From the NCBI RefSeq assembly GCF_009914755.1, contig NC_060927.1: a stretch of 64,000 bases of DNA, one strand, 5' to 3'. This stretch comes from the human T2T-CHM13v2.0 reference genome, Homo sapiens. The translations under genes and the position numbers were made by a program. The notes beneath the pieces are model-generated. The model had not been told where the DNA came from. It saw nothing but the letters and a program-made list of their open reading frames with translations, and searched no databases. The stretch's first letter is position 1. Each line of letters starts with the position of its first letter. Positions 53,097 to 64,000 of this stretch are shown piece after piece.

Positions 53097-53547
53097 TGTA
53101 TTACCCAGAGTTTTCCAGAGAAACAGAATCCACAGGCTATGAGTGTGTGTGTTTATATGTTAATATCTAAATGTATATATATAAGCAGAGGTTCATTTTA
53201 AAGAATTGGCTCATGCAATTATGGAGGCTCAGTGTATCCAAAATCTTGTAACGTTGGTCACCGGTCTGGAGACTCAGGGAAGAGTTGAAGTTTGAGTCCA
53301 AAGGCTGTCTGTGGCAGAATTTATTCTTGTTGTGGAGGTTGAGTCTTTTTTTTCTATTTAGGCCTTTAATTGATTGGATGAAGCCCACTTATGTTACAGA
53401 GGGCTCTTTTCTTTACTCAAAAGTTCCCTGACTTATATGTTAATCTCATCTAAAAAACACCTTTACAGAAAACATCCATAATAATGCTTCATCAAATATC
53501 TGGGCACCATGGCCCAGCTGAGTTGACACATAAAATTAACCATCACA
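53097..53547 (-). mobile_element. MLT2 (ERVL) solo LTR
   Basis: TCCAGAGAAACAGAA...GAATTGGCTCATGCAATTATGGAGGCT...GTTGACACATAAAATTAACCATCACA. Confidence 0.92.
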
Positions 53548-54166
53548 AACATAGATATAAAACCAGTTCTATCAACAGAAGAAAAACTCAAGGAGAGAGA
53601 AACATTGTTACAAGGCCAGGTACCCATTGCCCCTTTTATCTCAGCTCAGATGTGCCTGCAGTATGTTTAAAAGAGCACAAAGCCCAGTTACCAAAACTGT
53701 TTCTTCTGAAAATCATGCATGTGTGTGTTTATGTGTGCATAGCCCAGATGTATTATTCTAATGGAAATTTTAAGCAACATGGAATAATATTTTAGAATTT
53801 GTAAATCCTTACATATCACCATGTCATCAGTGACCTTATCTGTAGACAGAGTATCTTCCATTCCCCATCCCCTAAGCCCTAAGGGAGAAATATTTTCTGC
53901 TTCTTTATTTCAATTTTCTCTCTTAGATTGGATTGCCTTGCTGTCTAAATATGAAGCATTTTGTGACCAACTGTATCAAGTGCCTTTCTTCTCTATATTC
54001 ATAACTCTTCAAAAATTATCTATTCTTTGTTAAATTTGTGGGAATTCAAAAACAGTGCATTTCAAACTTTTTAAATGAATGTCATGTGTATATCATTGGG
54101 GTCAACCATTTTAAAGGACAATGGTTGTAGAAAAGCAGCTCTTTCATACATTCTACATTTTGATTT

Positions 54167-54537
54167 TGTTATGGTTTGACAGTGTCTCCCCAAAAGCAGG
54201 CATTGAAAACTTAATCTCCAGTGGAAGTTTTGGGAGGTGGGGCCTAATGAGAGGTGATTAGGCCATAAAGACTTTGCCCTCATGAATAAATTAGTGGCTT
54301 TATCACAAGAGTGGGTCTCTTGTAAAAAGACAGTTTTGCCTTCTTTTGTCTCTCCCTTGCCCTCTCTTTGCCCTCCCACTCTTCTGCTATGGGATGATGT
54401 AGCGAGAAGACCCTTGAAAGATGCTGGCATCTTGATCTTGGACTTTCCAGCCTCCAGAATGTGAGAAATAAACTTATGTTCCCTACAAATTACCCAGTCT
54501 CAGATATTCTATTATAGCAGCACAAAACAGACTAAGA
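54167..54537 (+). mobile_element. MST (MSTB/C-type) MaLR solo LTR
   Basis: TGTTATGGTTTG...GCCCTCATGAAT...AATAAA...ACAGACTAAGA; TSD-like GATT(T/A). Confidence 0.9.
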
Positions 54538-56118
54538 GATTATCTGAGCTTTTGCAGCAGTACCCTGAGAATAGTCAGTAAGAATTATTAATGACAATGA
54601 TGATAGTGATAGTGGTGAAGATAGTGAGAGTGGTGGTAATGCGGAAATGACAAGAAAGTAAAAAGGGCAATCGTGAGAATAATCTCTAAGTCAAGACTGA
54701 ACATAAAGTATCACAGTCCAACTTGAATTCCACCATTTAAGATAACATTATTTACTATTTTCATTTCAACCTTCTATATTTGCTAGATTTTCTTTGCCAA
54801 TACCAGCGAGAAATTGGCCAAGAACTATGTTACAGACCAACTACATGTCCCTTGTGGGACTGATTAATTAAAACCTGGCACTGATGAGATAAAGCTGATC
54901 CAGAAAGTGGTCGCTAGCAATATATTCCTTAGGGATTCCCAAGATTAGCTAGTAATAGGCACCTGAGGGCTATGTGACTAGCTAATATACAAGCTGAAGG
55001 GATTTCAGAGCTTTCCTTGAGTCAAGTTCATCTGCTCATGCTCAGCTTCATCTCTCATGACTTTGCATGTTTCAAATATAGAATAATTATGACATTAGAA
55101 GTTGGGCCTGGGGCTCACAAAACCTCCACTTTGCTGTTTCTGTGCATGCTGTGTTTGGTCCTGTCCAGTATTATTTCTTAAAGATAAGTAGACAATGCTG
55201 GGTAAAACCTATTGTGTCTCATGATTTTGACTGTTCATTTGAACTCAAGAAAACAACTACCAGTGGAGTCAAGTGAGCACTGTTGATATGTAGGTATCTG
55301 TATGCTGAATCTGAATGTGGGTCATGATCCAAAAAGTTTCAAAGCCACTGCTTTAGGAGAAAAGCTAACACTAGCATTGCTTGTGATCAAAGAATTATAT
55401 TTGAGGAAACAATTATTTCTATTAACACAATATCATGCTAAGAGGGGAAATGAAACTCACACATTACCTGTATTAGTGTCCAAAGAAGACTAAGCAACAG
55501 AGTAAGACTGCATTAATATCAACTGACATCCACGGTGGTAGAAGTTGCAAGAACATGATGGACTGGGTGTGGAACAGAAACTCTGTTATACTTTGCAAAA
55601 GCGATGAGTTCTAAAGTAAAAGAGCACATAATATGAAGGGTTTAAAAAGGGACTTCAGAAGAAAAATGAAAAGAAAAGGGAAAATGAAAATGAAAGAGCT
55701 GGTGCAAAGAAGTATGCATGTACCTCCTGCAGCTACACATACAGGTGCCCATGTGCATGCACCCGCAGAGATTGTGCACAAAAATGTTCCAACTCACAAC
55801 TATCAAGTTGTTTCTGGAGAAGTCAGACAATTTGGAAATTGCTACCCATAGGTGTCTGACAGGATTATGCAGGACCACATAGAAAGAAACATGGGCACAA
55901 AAATAAATGTTTATACTTAGGCCATGAGCAAATTGGCCATCTCTCTTGATACATTCACAGAGCATAGGTGGAAACTTTCCTTGGGCATAGGCAGAAGTCC
56001 ACCCACCTAGCAGCCTAAACAAGTCTCTGAAATTGTAAACAAATGTTTAAATCCAATAGCAATTGTGGAGCTCATCAATTAGTATGTTAGTCACTTTGTA
56101 AGTTTTAAAGTTGAAAAG

Positions 56119-56568
56119 TATTATGGGTTGAATTGTGTTCCTCAAAATTCATATATTGAAGTAGCAACCCCAAGAACCTCTGAATGTAACCATATATGGA
56201 AATAGGTTCTTTAAAATGGGAATTAAAGTTAAATGAGGCCCTCCAACCCACGCAATTACCTTTGTAGATAGGGTGTTTAAAAAGATGATTAAGTTAAAAT
56301 AAGGCCAACAGCATGTACCCTAATCTAATATAACTCGTGTCCTCAAAAAAAAGAGAATGGGACACATGACGCAATAGAACAGAGAAAAGGCCACATGAGA
56401 ACACAGTGAGAAGACTGCCATCTTCAAGACAAGGAGAGAGACCTGAGGAAAAATCAGACCTGTCAAACTTTGATCTTGGATTTCCCACTTCCAGAACCAT
56501 GACAAAATAACTTTTTCTTCTTTAAGTCAATTCTGTGGTATTTTGTTATGGCAGCCCCTAGCAAAAAG
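56119..56568 (+). mobile_element. MLT1B-type LTR with internal duplication
   Basis: TATGGGTTGAATTGTGT...GAGAAGACTGCCATCT...TGTGGTATTTTGTTATGGCAGCC. Confidence 0.88.
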
Positions 56569-57559
56569 GCAGATTATGAAAAGACAGTGTTAAAAAGTGA
56601 ACATTATAATATTCAAAAGAGAAAACATTGTAATATGATATTGAAACAATATGTTTCATATTACTGAAAGAATATATAGATATATGCTTGCTTCTATTTT
56701 TTTGGTTTTATTTTTACACAAAATAGCAGTACTGGAATAGCAACTTTTATTTTTTCTTAATAGGAGGTATCTTCACACTGTGCCAGGAAGCCATTAAGTA
56801 TTTTTAAGGCTATGAGGTAATGGACTGTGTGTTCATTGTTCTTGGTCTAGATATTTCTTACTAAGTGTTGGAAAGCACTTAGGAGTAACAAAGCTAAATC
56901 AATTCTTTGTATTGACTTATGTTGATATTTTTCATATAGATAAATTTTCTCCTTTCATTAATGAAAAACAGAATCCACGTAAATAAAATAATCTTGGTGT
57001 TTGTGAATCATCTACAGGATGTGTTAGAAAAAGTGTTAGTGGCCTTCAAAAGCCTTTACAAAAACGTCAGGGTGGTTAGTTACCTTAGAGTTTTGTTTGT
57101 TTCACTTTTTCCTTGTTTCTTTTTTCATAAATTTATAAAAGGATCCAAATATATTTTTAAAAAGTAAAATAAATATTCATGAGTACTCTCTGTTGAAGCG
57201 TTGTGTATAGACGTGCTTCACTTTTTTTCTTCAGGGCCACATTCCTTATTCTTTCTATATTTCCCCACTATAAGACTACCTATGAAATAAGCAAAATCAA
57301 TATTTTGCCATCTGGGCAAATGGTTAACAAGCCACCAACTTTTTTTTGGTTAAGTGTCTTATCATAATGTGCTTGATGTCAAGTCCACTGCCATTCTACT
57401 AATAAAGAAACTGACAAATAATAAAGGATTATTGGGATGGTCCGGAGCTCTTTATCCATTTTACTATGACATTATGTGCTATCCAAGGCAAAAGTAAAAT
57501 TAACTGAGAGAAAGAAGCTAACAGTTTTCAAGTTTTTAATTTAACCAGGCCACTCAATA

Positions 57560-57720
57560 GGTGCAATTATGATTCTTCTAACTTAATCATCAGAACAAAT
57601 GATATGAGATAGGGTTAACACTCATTTTACAATTAAGGAAACTGAGACCAGAAGAAGTTAATAAACTTGGAGGACCCTGGTCTATTGGAGTCTAAAGTAT
57701 ATGTTCTTTATGCCATTTTC
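57560..57720 (-). mobile_element. MIR SINE
   Basis: CTCATTTTACAATTAAGGAAACTGAGACC. Confidence 0.7.
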
Positions 57721-57874
57721 AAAGGTGACACATGCCATTATAGACACAAAAGTATTATATTAAACAACATTTGTATTTAGTCTACTCAACAGTTTTGCTG
57801 ACTGCCTCATACTATGGTGGATACATAGCACCTCTAAATTTCTTCACCTTTAACGTAAGGAGGGGATGTTCTAT

Positions 57875-58070
57875 CAGTGATCTTCAAACTGTACTCTCAC
57901 CAATTCTGTGAGTTTAATAGGGTTGCTTCAAGGGAAAAAATGTGCTATTGTGGTATCCCCTTAATTTTTAAACAGAATATCTCCTCTTTGATTTGTTTAA
58001 CCTACCAACTTTCTTGTGAAAAAAAATGTATTTCACTGATTTTGAAGAAAAAAAAAGTATTATCCAACTA
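57875..58070. mobile_element. MER103C-like hAT MITE
   Basis: CAGTGATCTTCAAACTGT...TTTTAAACAGAATATCTCCTCTTTGATTTGTTT. Confidence 0.55.
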
Positions 58071-59667
58071 GAGGTTTTAAAAATGCCCTCCCTTGGTAAT
58101 ATGAATACACATATAGTTTACTGCCTTTAAAAACCTTGCAATTTAGCTATAAAATAAAACAAATGAATGAAGAATATAAGAGGCCTTTAAAGGCAGTACA
58201 TGACTACCCATGGGGTAGCCAGGGAAGAAGCTTCTTCATTCAGCTCAGGTCCTGTTGGCATTATTAAGGTGACTCTGTCTGTGCTGGGGAATGCAGGAGC
58301 TTCTTTCTACCCCTACTGCCGACTACTGGACTTTGCTTCCTCTAAGAAGACTGTAAGATCCCAGTGTTCTAGAATTTAAAACTTAATAAATGTAGACATA
58401 TAGTATAATTTTTGAATAATTTAAATTTCTATCTTATTAAAAATAAAGTTTTACATAGAGAAGAGAAAGGAAAAAAACACTCAACCACCTACAAGATAAT
58501 AATAAGAGAAGCAAGGTGAACTATTGGCTACTTTTCCTCATACATCACTCTTCCGATATAAAATCACCTTTATGAAAAATATATAGAGGACTGTTCAATA
58601 GTCTTCACTTTCTATTTTGTGAGTTATTTGAATTTGAGAAGCTAATGAGTACATTCCACACTAAAAGCCAAAGGTGCAATGGGCATAGGAGTCTGGCAGA
58701 TAGAGATAAACCCAGTTCATTACCGTCAGAGTTGTTGAAGTATGTATGTTGGGCTCATTAGGCAAGTTGGGCCTTCTAAGAATTTCCTCCAGTCAGTCAC
58801 CGGCAGCTGTAATATTCCCCTTTCCACCACTTCACCCCATAAAATGGTTTGGTTCTGCAAAATTTACTGCCTGGTCTTGAGCAAAACAGTTAAATGTGTT
58901 TTCTTCAGGCTCACTCGCCAGAAATATTGTTTCTCCTTTAGAAGGAAGGAATAAGAAGGACATTGACAAGGACTGGCTGACATCAATTGGCCCAGTCCTT
59001 TGGTCTACTTTGGCTTTTCAGTGCCTCTTCTATAGTTGATGGAATTTCTAGGCTTTTTGGTGTGTTTTATATGTAATACAAAAACTTTCACACTTTGCAT
59101 GCACTCCCATATGTTCAACCACATTCCTCTACACCACAATTCCTCATCTGCAATTTTCTAATCCTTTCCCTTCCAGGCCACTGACATATATTCTCACTTT
59201 CAGTCACTTTCACTTCAAAGTAGAGAAGATCAGGTGAACTGTTTCCAGCTTTACTCATTGGGATATTTGCCCCTCACTACTTTTTTTTTAAGGCTATCCT
59301 CAAATGTCACTGTGATGCAACCACCATCCATTTTTCGCTTGCACCCAAAATAATGACCTAATACAACCTTAACCTAATCTTAACCAAGCAGAGACTTCTT
59401 TCTTTTCCTTCAGCTGGTTATTTAGGACTTTTCCTATGTACCTGTGGGTGACACATAGAAGTACTTCAGTGAAAGGTGATGTGAAAGTCTGTGCTACCCA
59501 GCGGTGCAGCTGACTTGCATTCTCTAGTCTTGCTTGAGCACAATAACAGATGCACTATTTTTTTTATTTCATAGTGTGCTGCTACGGCATCTGTTTTTTA
59601 TGACATAGTAAGTCCAGTTCAAGAGGGGCTTTCTAGTGGGCAGTCTGGATACACAATCACTTAGGGG

Positions 59668-59825
59668 GCTACAGACTGAATGATTGTGTCCCCTTAAAAT
59701 TCGTATGCTGAAGTCCTAATGCCCGATGGGATGGTATGTGGAGGCAGGGCCTTTGGGAAGTAATTAGATCATGAGGGTAAAGTCTCCATGATCGGATAGT
59801 GGCCTTATAGGAAGAGACTGCAGAG
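59668..59825 (+). mobile_element. MLT1A-type LTR, 5' fragment
   Basis: GCTACAGACTGAATGATTGTGTCCCC...GGGCCTTTGGGAAGTAATTAGATCATGAGGG. Confidence 0.82.
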
Positions 59826-59919
59826 CGTAGTTTCCAGATCTGAATATTGGCTTAGGCCGTGGAACTGAGCAACATTTTATTAGAGCAATTGATTGCCCTC
59901 AGCCTCCTTCTTCTCCATT

Positions 59920-60125
59920 CTTTTTTGGTTTTAGTTTTATTTTATTTTTAACTGAAAAATAACAATTGTATATATTTATGGAGTGCAATGTGATGCTTTC
60001 TACATGTATACCTTGTAGAATGATCAAATCAAGCTAATAACTATATCCCTTACCCAAATGTTTACCATTTCCTTGTAGTATAAAAATTTACAGTCCTCTT
60101 TTAGCTATTTTGAAATATACCACTA
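59920..60125 (-). mobile_element. L1MA 3' terminal fragment
   Basis: T-rich tail then AATTGTATATATTTATGGAGTGCAATGTGATG...AAATCAAGCTAA. Confidence 0.85.
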
Positions 60126-61149
60126 TAGTTAATAATAATTTTGAAATAGCTGCCTCTTCATTATTGCTGTCCTCTGATTGCAGATCTTAAACAGCACTCA
60201 GTTACTATCCATAGCATGCACTGAAGAGTACCACATTCTGTTAACCATCTCCACAACTCCTGGAAGGGTCACCTTCCCTTGGCTCTCTCTCTGACTTTTC
60301 TACTTGCTGTCATAACGTGGTTCTCTACTTTCTTGTCAGAGAAGCCCAATCTCTTTTCCTCTATTACTTTGAGGGCAGATCTCCTGGCAATTAACATGCT
60401 AACTCTGTAAAACCTATCCTGCCATTAGCCCTAGCTTAAAGAGGAGAGCCAGAGAAGAACAATTGAGTGAGGTTGCAGCCCTCTCACCAGCACACTCTTT
60501 ATGGCTTTGGCAAATAGCATGTTTTGGAGCTTTCCCATGAAGCATAATAATTTGATGGATCTTCTGGCTTCATTTTATATATTCAAGCCAGAACCTCCAC
60601 TTTCCTCAATCCTATTCCTTCTTCTTCGGTTAGCTAGGGAAACTTAGGCTTTTCCACTTTTCTCAGTATGAACCATGTTTTCTCCAGGCTTTTAAGAGCT
60701 ACCCTAGTAATGTGTCACCCTGGGATTCCTGTCAGGTTATTAAATCCTATGTCCCCCAAAAAACTGTCCCCCAAATTAATAAATCCTTACTTGTCCAATC
60801 GTAGGTTCCAGGCCCCTGATCAAAATCAAATCCTAGGGGTGTCACCCTGGCTTCTACAGAAACATGCCGGCTAATTCTTGCAGCTTCTTCAGGATATAAT
60901 TTTTTCCTTGTTAGGCTCCGTGTGCTTCCAAATATGTTGTAAGTTAATCATATTTTTGGGCTGACTACAAGAAAAATGAATGGGACAATTTCTATAGCAG
61001 AAATATGTTGTCTTAGGAAAGAGAAAGTGGCTTTTCTTATGCCTTCTCACATTCTGGCTGCTACTATGAATCTGCCATTTCTAGGGGTTCAGATAGAGTC
61101 TATAGAGTCATAAACCTGAGGATGTATGCCCAAATGAAATTATATCTGC

Positions 61150-61576
61150 TGCTATGATTTCAATGTTTGTCCCCTCCAAAACTCACTTTGAAATTTAATT
61201 GCCATTGTAACAGTATTAAGAGGTGAGACCTTTAAGAGATGATTGGTATGTGAGGGTTCTGCCCTCATGAATGGACTAATGTCATTATTGTGTGAGTGAG
61301 TATCTTATAAAGGGCAAGTTCTGTCCCCTTTGCTCTCTCTCATCATTTCTTATTCCTTTCACTCTTCTGCCATGTGAGGAACAGTGTCTCCTCACCACTC
61401 CGCGTGGTCAAGGCACCCTCTTGGAAGAAGAGTCTAGGCCATTACCAGACACAAACACGCCAGGGCCTTGATCAGGCACTTCCTAGCCTCTAGAACTGTG
61501 AGAAATAAATTTGTATTCTTTATAAATTACTTATTCTAAAGTATTATGTCATAGCAGCACAAAATGGATTAAGACA
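61150..61576 (+). mobile_element. MSTC/MSTD-type MaLR solo LTR
   Basis: TGCTATGATTTCAATGTTTGTCCCCTCCAAAACTCA...AGAACTGTGAGAAATAAA...AAGACA. Confidence 0.92.
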
Positions 61577-62085
61577 CCTACCTTGGCAAAACAATGCAGC
61601 CTTAGCTAAGCATTTACCATGGTCTCCAAAGCTCCAAGACCTCAACTATTACATCCCAGGCTTCTCCTCAGATGTCTCCTGTTCAGGAAATAAATGCCAT
61701 TTTGTAAACCAAATAAGCCCTCCGCTTTTACATTTAGCCTTTCATTCTTGTCAATAGTTCTCAGTTTCTCTTTACCTTCTGCCTGGCATCAGTACAACTT
61801 AGTAATAAATAGCCAATTCCGCTGTCCTTGTAGACATTGCTTTCCCCATATCTTTTAAATGCCTGAATCATCACACTGGCAAAAATCATCTCCTTTACTG
61901 AGACATCTTTTCCACTGGTGAAATCTTCAGCAACTGGACTATCCTCCTGCGTTAGGAACTAGCTTTGCCCCACTTTGCCCTCAAGATAGGGCACTCAGGA
62001 TAGTACTTATTACCAGCAGGATAGTGAATGAGAAATTTCCACACTCCATCTTACCACTTATTATTTTAGGCCACTCTCAGTACCA

Positions 62086-62561
62086 GCTTCCAGCCTAGGT
62101 CCTCCTAGAAGCAAACATTAAGACTGGATTTTGATGTACATGCAACTTATTGCAGGGAATGCCTTTGAAGGATGAAGTGGGAAAGAGCAAAAGTGGACAG
62201 AGAAGGCATTCTGACTATGATGCATGAATGATCCCTGTGAAAAAAGGAGGGAATAAAGGATGAGAAAGAAAGAGCCTCAAACTATAGTGTAGTTCCTCAG
62301 TCACAGCCTACATGGAATCTCTTATAGTTTTCCCATGAGAGACAGATTGTCTATTATAGGAGTCCCACAGGAATGATAGTTATCTGGCTCTAGCATTCCC
62401 CACTGTGTTCCAACACTGGCTGGAAACGTCTTGCAGGAAAAGTAGTCTTGCTGAATGCCTTCGTGTTAAGATTGAAGTATATTTAAAAGTATGACAGTCA
62501 GGGTGTCCCCCACTGCAAGTTCTCCTGAAGGGATATGTGAAGTGCATCCCCATATCCCCAC
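62086..62561 (-). mobile_element. LTR33-type ERVL LTR
   Basis: GGTCCTCCTAGAAGCAAACATTAAGAC...CTGACTATGATGCA...CCCTGTGAA...terminal CCACA. Confidence 0.7.
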
Positions 62562-62669
62562 AGTAAACATTAATCTGCAATTTTTAGCAATGACATTATA
62601 AAGTCATTCTCAGAATTAAAACAAGGGTCTAAAACATAAGAACAATAACGTATAGATTAGGGGATATAC

Positions 62670-62850
62670 TTTAACATAATGGAAGAACACCACCCTAGAA
62701 TTCAGGAGAATTTTGCTTTGTTTGTTATCAGTGGGTCAAGTTACATAGGTCCGTGAAGCTCTATTTTTCAATAAGTTAAATAAAAATAATAGAGTGAAAA
62801 TCTCCTATCTAGAACTATTGAACTGGTTATTTAGGAAAAAATCACTTAAT
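62670..62850 (+). mobile_element. MIR SINE, diverged
   Basis: CATAATGGAAGAACAC...TAGAATTCAGGAGA...CAAGTTAC. Confidence 0.5.
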
Positions 62851-63041
62851 GGGTAAACACATTTTAATGATTTATTTATGTCATACACGCACACACACAT
62901 GCACACACACATAATTTGAACATTTAAACAAGGTGCATGTCATTACAACCTTTGAACTAGGATCCATATGTTTGAATTTATATTTGCTAATTGGAGTTCT
63001 GACTTTTTATTTTTGCAGTGTGATTACAGAATCCAACTAGG

Positions 63042-63690
63042 GTTTTTTAATTAATTAATTATATTATAAATGAAAATATTGTAGTTGGATATATTTGTAA
63101 GGTACAAAGTGATGTTTTGATTTATGAATGCAATGTGGAATAATTAAATTAAGCTAATTAACATGCTCATCACCTCGAATGCTTAGTATTTGGGAGGGTG
63201 AGAACATTTGAAATGTGTTCTCTGGTAATTTTTAATGCGCTATACACTATTATTAACTATATTCACCATGATGTACAATAGATCTCAAAAAATATCTAAT
63301 CCTTCTGTCTAACTGAGGCTTTGTACCTTTCGACCATCATCTCCTCATTCTCACTACCCTCTAACCTCTGGTAATCACCACTTGACTCCCTGTTTCTATG
63401 GGCTTGTTTTAGATTCTATGTATAAGGGAGAACACAAGGTGTTTGTCATTTCTGTGCCAGGCTTATTTCACTTAGTATAATGTTCTTCAATTCCATCCAT
63501 GTTTTCCCAAATGACAAGGCTTCTTTCTTTTTTTAAGGCTATTTAATAGCATTCCATTGTGTACATATACCACATTTTATTTATTCATTCATCTGTTGGT
63601 AGACACCTAGGTTGATTCCATAACTTGGCTGTCGTGAATAGTGCTCAGTTAACATGGGGCTGCATACATCTACTCATTACACTGTTTTCA
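63042..63690 (-). mobile_element. L1MA7/8-type 3' end
   Basis: GTACAAAGTGATGTT...AAGCTAATTAACAT...GGCTTATTTCACTTAG...GGTTGATTCCATAACTTGGCT. Confidence 0.92.
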
Positions 63691-64000
63691 AATGGTAATT
63701 TTCCATTTTTCACCAATCTTACACAGTTATTTTTCTGTACCTTATTTGATAGCAACGTTTAAGCAAGTCAGCTTACTTAAACTGTCCCAAGCATTTAAGA
63801 AGTTTTCATGGAAACCAGCACTCTTTTTGCAGTCATTTTTAATCTGTATATACAATTATTAATGGAACAGGTTTAGAACCAATTCTTGGTAAAATGCAAC
63901 TCAAGTACATTGACACTCCAGAAATTAGCCTATAACCTGGTAGAATTTACTGTGCATATAGACATAGAATAGAGCTGTGATTACACAGAATAGGTTACAT

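Noticed and set aside
53097-53547. MLT2 as the LTR of the ERVL at 25-30 kb
   Set aside because: More than 22 kb away with unrelated DNA between; best treated as an independent solo LTR
55633-56022. Overlapping basic and Cys/His-rich ORFs
   Set aside because: Composition comes from an A-rich run and a degenerate CA/TG repeat

Overview
This is not prokaryotic DNA. It is AT-rich, CpG-depleted primate (catarrhine, probably human or ape) intergenic or deep-intronic sequence, judged from AluY/S/J SINEs and an ERVK-type LTR end. Most of it is fossil transposable elements: three decayed ERVL internal regions, many MaLR/ERVL LTRs, L1/L2/CR1 LINEs, MIRs, and Tigger and hAT DNA transposons. I see no intact protein-coding gene, RNA gene, CpG island or CRISPR array; the ORF-track entries I could place are TE remnants and the rest look like chance ORFs. 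I cannot support a new biological system. The most striking unexplained signals are: (1) near-perfect fold-back inverted duplications written into old repeats (AluJ at 19.1-19.3 kb and Tigger2a at 52.7-52.8 kb, both with patchwork spacers, and a smaller one in ERVL pol at 6.9 kb); (2) candidate spliced exons in repeat-free DNA, the best at 45412-45501 on the minus strand; (3) a diverged 100-bp local duplication at 23.6/24.2 kb. Repeat names come from remembered consensus sequences, not database searches. Boundaries of old elements are approximate.
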